NCBI GenBank assembly: GCA_002439165.1
Contig: DJTE01000011.1
Span: 87,297-151,296, forward strand
Source: Chryseobacterium indologenes
GTDB taxonomy: Bacteria; Bacteroidota; Bacteroidia; Flavobacteriales; Weeksellaceae
Length of the DNA: 64,000 bases
Direction of reading: 5' to 3'
Shown here: in pieces, positions 19,360 through 28,536 of the stretch
How the letters are laid out: the number at the start of each line of letters is the position of its first letter
How positions within the stretch are numbered: the first letter of the stretch is position 1
Made by a program: the position numbers and the translations under genes
The notes under the pieces: generated by a model
The model's database searches: none
The model's input: only the letters and a program-made list of their open reading frames with translations
What the model was told of the DNA's origin: nothing

Positions 19360-20172
19360 TTAAAGGCTCTCTATCCGGGGGCCTTTTTTGTATCCTTTGG
19401 TTTCCAGTTCCAGGCAGGTGTATTCATAAACCTCCCTGAACATTTCATCCAGGTTTTTCTTACTGAACAGGCTGAACTTGGTCATTTTGGGAGGATCGAG
19501 AAAAATATCGCAGGATCTGGCTTTGGAATAAACGGATTTGGCAATAGCAAGGTGAAGAATCCTATCGAACTCCTTCATCAGGCTCATTTTTTTCAATTCG
19601 TCATAGCTTATTGAGTTCACATGGGAGGCGATCAGAAAGTCGCATTTGTCGATAATAGGTTCAATAGGAAGGTTGTCCAGTACGCCGCCGTCTACATATA
19701 TTTTCTCTTCAATTCTTACGGGAGGAAGAATAAAAGGGACACTGGATGAAGCGAGAAGTGGCCTGAAAAGTTCGCCTTCGGAAAAAAAATCAACAATGCC
19801 GTGCGTCATTTCTGTGGCTGCTACATAAACCGGTATTTTCAGGATTTTAAAATCGTCTTCAGGAAAATGGTCTTTAAAAAGTTTTAAAATGAAATTTGAG
19901 CTGAAAATTCCGTTTTTTGAAAGTTTCAGATAAGACCGGGAAAAGAAAGTGGTCTGTTTAACGATTTCTATCATTTCATCCGGCGTTTTTCCGAATGCGT
20001 AAAAAGCACCTACGATAGAACCGGCACTGGTCCCTGAAATAATATGAGGTTTAAGACCGTATTCTTCGAGCGCCTTCAGAACGGCAATATGGGCAATTCC
20101 CCTCATTCCGCCTCCGGAAAGTGTAAGCCCAATAATTGGCGGCTGTTTTTTTTTGAACGAGAATAGACCCAT
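19360..20172 (-). CDS. patatin-like phospholipase (RssA-like)
   Basis: Oxyanion GGGMRG, nucleophile GTSAGS, and catalytic DGG (VDGGVLDN). Confidence 0.85.
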   Translation of the reverse strand: MGLFSFKKKQPPIIGLTLSGGGMRGIAHIAVLKALEEYGLKPHIISGTSAGSIVGAFYAFGKTPDEMIEIVKQTTFFSRSYLKLSKNGIFSSNFILKLFKDHFPEDDFKILKIPVYVAATEMTHGIVDFFSEGELFRPLLASSSVPFILPPVRIEEKIYVDGGVLDNLPIEPIIDKCDFLIASHVNSISYDELKKMSLMKEFDRILHLAIAKSVYSKARSCDIFLDPPKMTKFSLFSKKNLDEMFREVYEYTCLELETKGYKKGPRIESL

Positions 20173-20248
20173 TGAAATAATTATTCCCCACTAAGATACA
20201 AGATTTTTTAATATAGGGAACTGAAGTTTTCAGGCAGGTGCAACCTGT

Positions 20249-21031
20249 TTACAGGACCAGTCTTTTGGGCAGGTTATGAAGAAGTTCTGTGTTGATGATT
20301 TCAGCGCAGATGGAAGGTTTTTCCCAGTGCCCGTTGTGCCCGCAGTCTAGAATATATGATTTTATATTTGTCCTGTCCGGAAGGTTTCTGATCATGACAT
20401 CCGTTTTTACCGCATTGTCATGTTTTCCTGCCAGAACTAAAATTTTAGCTTCCAGATTTTCCATAACGTGCTTTTTGTCGGTTCTTTCCACCATACCTTT
20501 TACACAGGCTAATGCTCCCAGATTGTTTGTTGATAGAGCTGTTTCGAGAGCGGTTTCAATTTTCCCTTCCAGAATATCCCATTCGTTGGGATTGAAAAGA
20601 TTAGGAACGCCGGCTCTGGCGTAATGGGCAAATGCATCTTTAATGATCCTGTAACTTTTAATGCGCTGCTGCTTTTTCTCTTCATCATCTGCAAAATAAG
20701 TCGAAAAAAACAGCGTAAGACTTTTCAGGAACTCCGGGTGTTTTTCGGCAAAGGCAAGTGACGTATAACCGCCCATAGAATGCCCTAACAGATGTACTTT
20801 CTGAAGTTTTTCATGATCTAAAACCTTTTTTACTTCATCTGCCATCAGTTCCATAGTGTGAACTTCCGCAAGGATGTCGGACTGTCCGTGTCCCGGCAGG
20901 TCAATTTTCAGCAGGGAGAAATCTTTAGAAAGATGAGGTTCCATGTCATTCCAAATCGAAAGGTTTTCCATAAAGCCGTGAAGCAGGACGAGGGTTTCTT
21001 TTCCGTTTCCTTTTCTCTCAAAATTCAGCAT
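20249..21031 (-). CDS. alpha/beta-fold hydrolase
   Basis: HGF oxyanion region (LVLLHGFMEN), nucleophile elbow GHSMGG, C-terminal His (CGHNGHWEKP). Confidence 0.85.
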   Translation of the reverse strand: MLNFERKGNGKETLVLLHGFMENLSIWNDMEPHLSKDFSLLKIDLPGHGQSDILAEVHTMELMADEVKKVLDHEKLQKVHLLGHSMGGYTSLAFAEKHPEFLKSLTLFFSTYFADDEEKKQQRIKSYRIIKDAFAHYARAGVPNLFNPNEWDILEGKIETALETALSTNNLGALACVKGMVERTDKKHVMENLEAKILVLAGKHDNAVKTDVMIRNLPDRTNIKSYILDCGHNGHWEKPSICAEIINTELLHNLPKRLVL

Positions 21032-21074
21032 GATTTCTATTGTATTACAGTTAAACTAAAATTCGTTACCGTTT

Positions 21075-21082
21075 CAAATTTA
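21075..21082 (-). promoter_or_regulatory. -7 box TAAATTTG upstream of the hydrolase gene
   Basis: Exact TAnnTTTG match on the minus strand, 43 nt upstream of ATG 21031 and immediately downstream of the exbD terminator. Confidence 0.35.
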
Positions 21083-21084
21083 AA

Positions 21085-21113
21085 TAAAAAAAGAGCATTG
21101 TAAAAATGCTCTT
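21085..21113 (-). terminator. rho-independent terminator after the orphan exbD
   Basis: Perfect 8-bp stem AGAGCATT/AATGCTCT followed by T7 on the minus strand. Confidence 0.7.
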
Positions 21114-21118
21114 TGCTT

Positions 21119-21637
21119 TTATTGGGTTAATTCGGTATAAACTTTCTTTTCCCAGGGTTTTATATCGGCGATGCCGTATCGTTCTTTTTTGGAAATCGCG
21201 ACATTGTCCAGAACATCCACGAAGTTTTTATAACTGGCGTCGTCTGTCGGTTTTATAATCACGGTAAAATTATCCGGAACCGGAGCGTTTTTAAAGGCAT
21301 CGGAAATAATCTTTGAAATGTTTACGCCATTGAAATCGGTCTCTTTTAAATTACCTGTATTAAGGTCTTTTTCATTGCTCTGGTGATAGAATACCCTGTT
21401 GTCTTTCCCGAGGATAAAGGTAACCTGATTTTTGTCGTTAATTACAGTTTTAGGGTCGTGAACAGGACTTTTTGCGGGTAATCCCAGATCCATTACATTG
21501 GGTTTTGTAAAATTGGTGGTAAACATGAAAAAGGTGATCAGCAGAAATCCCAGATCTACCATTGGGGTCATATCTACCCGGATTAATTTTTTCTTTTGTT
21601 TTCCTCCCTGTTTTTCCTGAGTGTTTACTTCGGCCAT
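21119..21637 (-). CDS. exbD: ExbD/TolR-family biopolymer transport protein (orphan paralogue)
   Basis: RVDMTPMVDLGFLLITFFMFTT TM segment, identical over 22 aa to the ExbD at 41071..41637. No ExbB or TonB lies adjacent. Confidence 0.85.
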   Translation of the reverse strand: MAEVNTQEKQGGKQKKKLIRVDMTPMVDLGFLLITFFMFTTNFTKPNVMDLGLPAKSPVHDPKTVINDKNQVTFILGKDNRVFYHQSNEKDLNTGNLKETDFNGVNISKIISDAFKNAPVPDNFTVIIKPTDDASYKNFVDVLDNVAISKKERYGIADIKPWEKKVYTELTQ

Positions 21638-21828
21638 GGTGCATAGTTTTTAAATGTTAAACAAATAGTAATAAAGACTGAACTTTTAATCTTTATCCGG
21701 AGAAATCTATACAAAGTTTATACCTTAATTTTGTAATTGGTAATTATTTTGAAAAATATTTGAATTTTAATATTTAAAATAAAGGTTTCTTATTCTGTAT
21801 TGTTTTTTGAAATTTTAAAACTGTTCTT

Positions 21829-23319
21829 TTATTTTCTGATCAGCAGTTTTTCTGTTGAGATAATATTTCCTTTATGCAGAACCTGTACAGAATATACACC
21901 GTTGCTGAATGCTGTAACATCTATGGCGGCTTTGGATTCAGTATATTTCCTGCTGAATAATTTTCTTCCCGACATATCCGTAATGCTTACTACTGCTTCA
22001 CCGGGAAGAGGGCTGATATAAACCGTATTTCTTGCAGGATTGGGATAAAGTGAAATATATTCGGGTTTTACATTTTCATGGGTTCCCAGTTTTTCAGATC
22101 TCAGTTTTATAATCTGGTAGTCATAGTTGGACTGTAACGGTGTAAAAGAGTTGGACATCCCGGCCATGACATACCCTCCATCTGCGGTTTGCTGTACCGC
22201 TGATGCATAATCATCATAAGGCCCTCCAAATCTTTTCTCCCAGTCTGTATCTCCGCCGGCAGTTAATTTTACCAGCCAGTAATCATTGGAGGTGAAACTG
22301 GCTGCTGCGGCAGTGTAACCCAGCACAACAGATCCTCCGTCATCCGTATTGTCTATACTGAACGCATAATCATACTGCTCGTTTCCAAGAGATTTTTGCC
22401 ACAGCAGATTTCCGGAATTATTTAATTTTATAATCCAGTAATCAAAATAGCCGTTATTGGCGGTAATATCCCCGTTAGTGGAATTGGAGCTTCCTGCAAT
22501 AATATATCCTCCATCCGGAGTTGGCTTCAAGGAATTTGCCGTATCTGAAGAAGAACCACCATAATTTTTCGACCACTGTATATTTCCTGAGGAATCTGTT
22601 TTTACAATCCAGTAATTAAGATCACTGCCCGCCACGGTGATACTGCCGGCCATTACATATCCTCCGTCGGCAGTCGTTTCAACAGCCGTAAACTCCTCAA
22701 ATCCTGGGCCTCCGAAGGATTTCTGCCACACTATATTTCCGGTCTGGTCCAGTTTCACGATCCAGCCATCCGCATATCCGTTGTTTCCGGTAATGTTACC
22801 ATCAGCAGAGTCTGATCTTCCTGCTACAATATATCCTCCATCCGCAGTTTGCCGGACGCATTTAGCTATATCGCTGCCACTTCCGCCTAATGCTTTCTCC
22901 CACTCTATATTCCCGGCGGGATTCAGTTTTACAACCCAGAAATCTTCCTGACCATGATTGCCGGTAACATTTCCGTTAACCGAGCGGGTAGAGCCGGCTA
23001 CAATATATCCTCCGTCATTGGTTTGCCGTACGGAATAGGCTTTATCATCTGCCGTACCTCCATAAGATCTATGCCATTCGGTAGTTCCCGCGGCATTTAC
23101 CTTGATAACCCATTGGTCAAAGAGACCATGATTGCCGAAACCTTCGTCAATGGAAAGTGAAGAGCCTGCTATAATATACCCTCCGTCATTGGTCTGATGG
23201 ATATCCGGAGATTGTTCCATCCGGCTTCCTCCGTATGACTTCTGCCATTCTATCGAATTATTCTGTGCAGAAAGAGAGGCGAAAACAAAGAGAAAAAAAA
23301 TAGATTTTGAATATCTCAT
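21829..23319 (-). CDS. T9SS cargo: 7-bladed beta-propeller repeat protein with type-A sorting CTD
   Basis: Signal peptide MRYSKSIFFLFVFASLSAQ (internal ATG 23319). Seven ~50-58-aa repeats (W.K..GG...D.a.sv.QT.DGGYIvAG.s.S.nG.itgNhG..D.WivKl...G). CTD is YPNPARNTVYIS...GVYSVQV. Confidence 0.8.
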   Translation of the reverse strand: MRYSKSIFFLFVFASLSAQNNSIEWQKSYGGSRMEQSPDIHQTNDGGYIIAGSSLSIDEGFGNHGLFDQWVIKVNAAGTTEWHRSYGGTADDKAYSVRQTNDGGYIVAGSTRSVNGNVTGNHGQEDFWVVKLNPAGNIEWEKALGGSGSDIAKCVRQTADGGYIVAGRSDSADGNITGNNGYADGWIVKLDQTGNIVWQKSFGGPGFEEFTAVETTADGGYVMAGSITVAGSDLNYWIVKTDSSGNIQWSKNYGGSSSDTANSLKPTPDGGYIIAGSSNSTNGDITANNGYFDYWIIKLNNSGNLLWQKSLGNEQYDYAFSIDNTDDGGSVVLGYTAAAASFTSNDYWLVKLTAGGDTDWEKRFGGPYDDYASAVQQTADGGYVMAGMSNSFTPLQSNYDYQIIKLRSEKLGTHENVKPEYISLYPNPARNTVYISPLPGEAVVSITDMSGRKLFSRKYTESKAAIDVTAFSNGVYSVQVLHKGNIISTEKLLIRK

Positions 23320-23358
23320 AAAGTATCGAATTTTTGATGTTAACAATGCCGTGTTTCT

Positions 23359-24903
23359 TTATTTGCTGATGAGAAGTTTTTCAGACAAGATTATTTTATT
23401 CTTATGCAGTATCTGAATAAGATAGGTACCGGTTGTAAATGCTCTGAGATCCATTGAGATTTTCTGATCACTGTATTTCTGCGTGAATACTTTTCTTCCG
23501 GACATATCAGTGATACTTACGGTTGTATTGCCGGGCAAAGAACTGATATATACAAAATCTTTTGCCGGATTCGGATAAATATCAGGCTTATGAATAAGGT
23601 TGTTTTCAGCAGTGCTTAATTGATCGGATTTTAGTTTTACGATCCAGGCATCACTGCTTCCGTGGTGTCCTGTAATATCTCCGTCTGCGGACTCTGCTGT
23701 GCCTGCCAGTATATATCCTCCATCAGAAGTCTGCTGAATAGAATATAGAGTGTCAAAAGCACTTCCTCCCAATGCTTTTTGCCATTGCATATTTCCTTCA
23801 GCATCTAATTTGATGATTCCATAATCAGCAAGTCCGTGATTTCCTGTAATATTTCCGTCTATGGATGCGTATTCCCCGGCCATAATATAGCCTCCGTCTG
23901 ATGTCTGTTGGACAGAATAAGCATAATCATTACCGCTCCCTCCAAGATACCTTTGCCATTGCATATTTCCTTCAGTATCCAGCTTGGCTATACGATAGTT
24001 GGAGACCCCAAACGTTACCGGGATTTCAGAGTTTACAGAATTGGAACCTCCGGCAACAATGTATCCCCCGTCTGATGTTTCCCGTATAGATTCCGCAGCA
24101 TCAGCAAGATTTCCTGTCAGTGATTTCTCCCACTGTATGTTTCCCGAGGGATCTAATTTTACGACCCAGAAATCCTCGTTTCCATGGTTTCCTGTAACGT
24201 TTCCATTCGTGGAAGCTGATCCGCCTGCCACAATGTAGCCTCCGTCAGAGGTCTGCTGAACAGAATTAGCTCTGTCATAGGAACTTCCTCCCAATGCTTT
24301 CTGCCATTGCAGATTTCCTGAAGAATCCAGTTTTACAATCCAGTAATCAGAAAATCCGTGATTTCCTGTAACATCTCCATCGGTAGAATAAGATTCCCCG
24401 GCAATAATATATCCTCCGTCCAAAGTCTGCTGAACAGAATTGGCTATATCTTCTTTACTTCCTCCCAGTGATTTTTGCCATTGCAGGTTTCCTGAGGGAT
24501 CTAATTTTACAATCCAATAATCGGAGTACCCATGATTTACTGTAACATCTCCGTTGGCGGAAGCGGATTCTCCTGCAACAATATATCCTCCGTCAGAGGT
24601 CTGCTGAATAAAGTTGGCAGCATCATAAAGAGTTCCACCCAGTGATTTCTGCCACTGTATAGCTCCTGATGCATCCAGTTTTACGATCCAGAAATCAGAA
24701 TCTCCATGATTTAGTGTAACATCCCCATTGACAGACGAAGACTGGCCTGCTATAATATACCCTCCGTCAGAAGTCTGCTGAACAGAATTGGCCTGATCCC
24801 AGCCATTTCCTCCCAAAGCTTTTTGCCATTGTATAGAGGGAGCCTGTGCGGAAAGGAATGAAGATATGATAAGGAAGAAAAAAATAGATTTGAAATATTT
24901 CAT
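23359..24903 (-). CDS. T9SS cargo: 7-bladed beta-propeller repeat protein with type-A sorting CTD (tandem paralogue)
   Basis: Signal peptide MKYFKSIFFFLIISSFLSAQ. Seven very regular ~58-aa repeats (e.g. NLQWQKSLGGSKEDIANSVQQTLDGGYIIAGESYSTDGDVTGNHGFSDYWIVKLDSSG). CTD is YPNPAKDFVYIS...GTYLIQI. Confidence 0.8.
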   Translation of the reverse strand: MKYFKSIFFFLIISSFLSAQAPSIQWQKALGGNGWDQANSVQQTSDGGYIIAGQSSSVNGDVTLNHGDSDFWIVKLDASGAIQWQKSLGGTLYDAANFIQQTSDGGYIVAGESASANGDVTVNHGYSDYWIVKLDPSGNLQWQKSLGGSKEDIANSVQQTLDGGYIIAGESYSTDGDVTGNHGFSDYWIVKLDSSGNLQWQKALGGSSYDRANSVQQTSDGGYIVAGGSASTNGNVTGNHGNEDFWVVKLDPSGNIQWEKSLTGNLADAAESIRETSDGGYIVAGGSNSVNSEIPVTFGVSNYRIAKLDTEGNMQWQRYLGGSGNDYAYSVQQTSDGGYIMAGEYASIDGNITGNHGLADYGIIKLDAEGNMQWQKALGGSAFDTLYSIQQTSDGGYILAGTAESADGDITGHHGSSDAWIVKLKSDQLSTAENNLIHKPDIYPNPAKDFVYISSLPGNTTVSITDMSGRKVFTQKYSDQKISMDLRAFTTGTYLIQILHKNKIILSEKLLISK

Positions 24904-24987
24904 GCATCTTTATTATTGGTTGTCAGTGAACTAAGTTATTAAAAAATAATTTCGTTTAAATAAAAAATGAAAATATTTGACAGAAAA

Positions 24988-25030
24988 TAAAAAAGACTGT
25001 CTCAGATTGAAACAGTCTTTTATTTTTTAT
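24988..25030. terminator. bidirectional hairpin terminator downstream of the dsbD-like gene
   Basis: Perfect 8-bp stem AAGACTGT/ACAGTCTT (24993-25000 / 25012-25019), flanked by an A-run on the left and a T-run on the right. Confidence 0.65.
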
Positions 25031-25040
25031 TGCGAGATTG

Positions 25041-27110
25041 CTATTTATTCTTTTTGTAATAACTGACCCCACATTCCAGGAATTTTTTGAAATCCTCTTT
25101 CGGCATATATCCGGAAACCGGAGTGTTGATTACTTTTCCGTCAGGTGTTATTAAAACATAATGAGGCTGGGAGTTATTATTGAAGTTTACCTGCTGGAAT
25201 AAGCTCCACCGGTCACCAATCGTTTTCACTTTTTTGATCTGTCCGTCCCCAAGATCAATCTTTGTTTTCTGATCTTCAGGAAGCTCTTCCTTATCATCCA
25301 CATATAAAGAAGCCAGAACAACATCGTTCTGAAGGATTGGCAGGATATCAGGTTCGCTCCATACAAATTCTTCCATTTTACGACAGTTTTCACATCCGTA
25401 TCCGGTAAAGTCAATCAGGATAGGTTTGTTCTCTTTTTTCGCAATTTCAATCGCCTTAAAGAAATCATGTTCAGGATGCATTCCTAAAATCCCGTCTTTC
25501 TCGTCATGGAAATAGCTTACATTCAGAGGAGGCAGGATTCCGCTTAACAGCTGAAGTTTCGGGCGGTCTGAAGGAATCAGTCCCTGAATAAGATAAATGA
25601 CAAAACCGATTCCCAGTGCTCCTAAAATTTTTCTGGTAATAGAGATTTTCGGTTTTTTATCATCATGCGGGAATCTGATCAGCCCGAACAGGTATAAGGC
25701 AAGTCCCAAAGCGATAATAATCCATATCGCAATGAAAAGTTCTCTTTTTAAGAAGAATGTTTTGGAAACAAGATCCGCTTTGGATAAGAATTTTAAAGCT
25801 AAAGCCAGTTCAACAAAACCTAAAACCACTTTCACGGTATTCATCCATCCTCCGGATTTCGGAAGACTCTGTAAGGCCTGAGGGAATAATGCCAGCAGTC
25901 CGAAAACAATAGCCCATGCCAGCCCGAATCCTGCCAGTGCAAAAGTAAGCAGCATCGGAACGTTGGCGGAACCTGTTACGGCACTTCCCAGTAAGCTTCC
26001 CAGAATAGGACCTGTACATGAGAATGAAACAATCACAAGCGTTAAGGCCATAAAGAAAATACCAATGATTCCTCCTGCTTCTTCCGCTTTTGAAGATTTA
26101 TTGGCAATAGAGCTTGGAAGCGTAATGTCATAATATCCGAAGAAGCTTCCTGCAAAGAAGATGAATATGATGAAGAAGGCAATATTCAGCCATACGCTGG
26201 TAGAAATTTCGTTGAAAATATTTCCTGCAATCCCATCAATTAAATGGAACGGCACGCTTAATAAAACGAAGATTAAAAGGATGAAAAATCCGTAGATCAA
26301 TGCATCTCTTTTACCTTTTGCTTTGTTTTTATTTCCTTTGGTAAAGAATGAAACCGTTAATGGAATCATTGGGAAAACGCAGGGTGTTAATAGGGCAATT
26401 AATCCTCCGATGAAACCCAAGAACAGATAAGTCCAGTAATTTTCATCCACCTTTGTTGAGGCGGTCCCGCAGTCGGTCAGCGGTTTTTTGAAATCAAGCG
26501 TTTCAATTTTCAGCTGTTTGGGATCCAGTTGTGAAGCTTCAGTAATGGTTACTTCTGCTTTTGCCGGATTTTCTGTAACTGTTTCAGCTACTTTAGCCGA
26601 GTCTTGGGCTGCCTGAGCCGTTTCATCGGTTGCCGCTGTTTCTTCAACTCCTTTTGGCGTTACTTTCTGGTTGAACTCTAACGTGTTGGGAGCCAGACAA
26701 ACCCTGTCATCACAGGTCTGATAGGTGATTTCAGAAGTAACGTCTGCCGGTTTTGCAGGGTCTTTTAATTTAAATTTCTGCTTAAAGCCCGCTGTATTGG
26801 AATAGTAGACGATTGTTCCGCCGAAAGCCTCAGAAAATTCCTCATGCTTTTTACCCACTTCGGTAAATTTTCCGATCAGCTCAATATTTTTGCCCGAAAC
26901 TTTATATTCAGTAGGAATTCCTGTGTCCTCAGGAAGATCTTTGGAATAAATATGCCAGCCGCTTTCCATAGTGGCATTCAAAACAGCTTCATACTGATTG
27001 TTACCCAGGTCATTGACGGTGAACTTAAATTTTACGGGATTTTTAATCTGCGCATTGATTCCTGCCGCTAAAAATAGGAGGACTGCTAAAAACCAGTTTC
27101 TAAATTTCAT
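25041..27110 (-). CDS. DsbD-family thiol:disulfide interchange protein (N-terminal DsbD-alpha-like domain, cytochrome-c-biogenesis TM domain, C-terminal thioredoxin)
   Basis: Signal peptide MKFRNWFLAVLLFLAAGINAQ, TM core with LTPCVFPMIPL and FSCTGPILG, and C-terminal thioredoxin FTGYGCENCRKME. Alternative in-frame starts exist at 27122 and 27164. Confidence 0.85.
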   Translation of the reverse strand: MKFRNWFLAVLLFLAAGINAQIKNPVKFKFTVNDLGNNQYEAVLNATMESGWHIYSKDLPEDTGIPTEYKVSGKNIELIGKFTEVGKKHEEFSEAFGGTIVYYSNTAGFKQKFKLKDPAKPADVTSEITYQTCDDRVCLAPNTLEFNQKVTPKGVEETAATDETAQAAQDSAKVAETVTENPAKAEVTITEASQLDPKQLKIETLDFKKPLTDCGTASTKVDENYWTYLFLGFIGGLIALLTPCVFPMIPLTVSFFTKGNKNKAKGKRDALIYGFFILLIFVLLSVPFHLIDGIAGNIFNEISTSVWLNIAFFIIFIFFAGSFFGYYDITLPSSIANKSSKAEEAGGIIGIFFMALTLVIVSFSCTGPILGSLLGSAVTGSANVPMLLTFALAGFGLAWAIVFGLLALFPQALQSLPKSGGWMNTVKVVLGFVELALALKFLSKADLVSKTFFLKRELFIAIWIIIALGLALYLFGLIRFPHDDKKPKISITRKILGALGIGFVIYLIQGLIPSDRPKLQLLSGILPPLNVSYFHDEKDGILGMHPEHDFFKAIEIAKKENKPILIDFTGYGCENCRKMEEFVWSEPDILPILQNDVVLASLYVDDKEELPEDQKTKIDLGDGQIKKVKTIGDRWSLFQQVNFNNNSQPHYVLITPDGKVINTPVSGYMPKEDFKKFLECGVSYYKKNK

Positions 27111-27111
27111 T

Positions 27112-28446
27112 TTACTTTTCATTAAAAATTTTGAGAATACATTTCGTCTTCTCATCTTTTGCATATCTTCTGTCCTGTCTTAAAGGGATGATTCCGAGAA
27201 CGGAATTGCTGCTGTCGCACAGGATCCAGATTTTTTGCCTCGCTAAAATAGATAATTTTTCGTCCCTAAAAAACTTAGAGACTTTCTTTTTGCCTGAAAA
27301 TCCCGAGGGATAAATTTCATCACCATCCAGCTGTTTCCGCAAATACACGGGAAACTGTATTTTTTCAGCATCAAACTCCCAGTTAAAAACAGTATTGATT
27401 CCATCAATCTCTTCAATAGGATGCTGAAAATTAACGGCAATCAGAGATCCGGCAGGCTCCGGATTTTCAATAAGGATCATTTTATTACTGATTTCCTGTT
27501 TTCGGCCCAGATCGATAAGGATTAATTCGCCACGGCCGATCATCAGCTGATAATCTTTTGAAAAAAAAGAACTTCCGTTTTCCGCTTTAAAAATTTTTGG
27601 AATCTCATTTTCCCGGTCGAAACCGTATTTTTTTAAGATCTCAAATTTTACAAAATCACTTTCCCGGTCCAGCTTTTCCTTTGATAAAATTTTATGGTCC
27701 GGGTTAAATACCGTCAGTTTATTTTCAATTTCCTGAATCTGTTTTTCCACAAAATCTTTGGTCTGATTCAGATATAAAATGCTTTTTTTAAAATTGTCCA
27801 GAAAATGATCATTGGTTTCCAGAAGTTTCGGCACAATTTCATTCCTGATCTTATTTCTCAGGTAATCACTTTTCTTATTGGAGAGGTCTTCCCGGAAATC
27901 AATATGGTTTTCTTCAGCATACTGATAGATTTCCTCTTTTGAAAAAGGCAGAAGCGGGCGAAGAATACGGTTGCTGTTCGCAGGTATCCCGCTGAGACCG
28001 TTAATCCCGGCTGCTTTGGATAAATTGATCATGAATGTTTCCAGCTGGTCATTCAGATGATGGGCGGTTACCAGAAACTCAAGCTGCTCCTGTTCCCTGA
28101 TCTTTCTGAAAAAGCCGTAACGGAGCTCCCTGGCCCAAAGCTGAATGGAATTTTCAGGCTTCCTGTCTTTTTCCGACACTTCATAAAGATGAAACGGAAT
28201 ATGATTTTTTTCACAGAAATCCTGTACCGTTTTTTGATCGAGATCCGAATCTTTTCCGCGAAGCTTATAATTGATATGGGCGATATGAATGCTGAATTCG
28301 GCATCCTGAAGTTCATCCCTGAAATCTCTGAACAATGAGGCCAGAACCATGGAATCCGCACCTCCGCTTACCGCCAGAAGATAGCTGCGTTTTTCCGGAT
28401 CGCTGACCAGGTTTTTCAACTCATTTTTTAAACTTATTTTTTTCAA
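27112..28446 (-). CDS. tilS: tRNA(Ile)-lysidine synthase
   Basis: PP-loop LLAVSGGADSMVL, 444 aa, typical TilS layout. Confidence 0.85.
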   Translation of the reverse strand: MKKISLKNELKNLVSDPEKRSYLLAVSGGADSMVLASLFRDFRDELQDAEFSIHIAHINYKLRGKDSDLDQKTVQDFCEKNHIPFHLYEVSEKDRKPENSIQLWARELRYGFFRKIREQEQLEFLVTAHHLNDQLETFMINLSKAAGINGLSGIPANSNRILRPLLPFSKEEIYQYAEENHIDFREDLSNKKSDYLRNKIRNEIVPKLLETNDHFLDNFKKSILYLNQTKDFVEKQIQEIENKLTVFNPDHKILSKEKLDRESDFVKFEILKKYGFDRENEIPKIFKAENGSSFFSKDYQLMIGRGELILIDLGRKQEISNKMILIENPEPAGSLIAVNFQHPIEEIDGINTVFNWEFDAEKIQFPVYLRKQLDGDEIYPSGFSGKKKVSKFFRDEKLSILARQKIWILCDSSNSVLGIIPLRQDRRYAKDEKTKCILKIFNEK

Positions 28447-28536
28447 GACGCAGGGTGGAAATTTCTTTTATGCAAAGATAATCCATATAATTCAATTGAA
28501 TTTCCCTAACTTTGATTCGTCTAAAAATGATTACTT

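Noticed and set aside
19360-20172. The patatin phospholipase as a CBASS-type defence effector.
   Set aside because: No cyclase (CD-NTase), no SAVED or sensor domain and no E1/E2/JAB genes lie nearby. The protein looks like the common RssA-type housekeeping patatin.
21829-24903. A regular ~174-bp DNA periodicity that could be mistaken for a repeat array or CRISPR.
   Set aside because: The periodicity lies entirely inside two long ORFs and corresponds to protein propeller blades. There is no short invariant repeat with unique spacers, and no cas genes are present.
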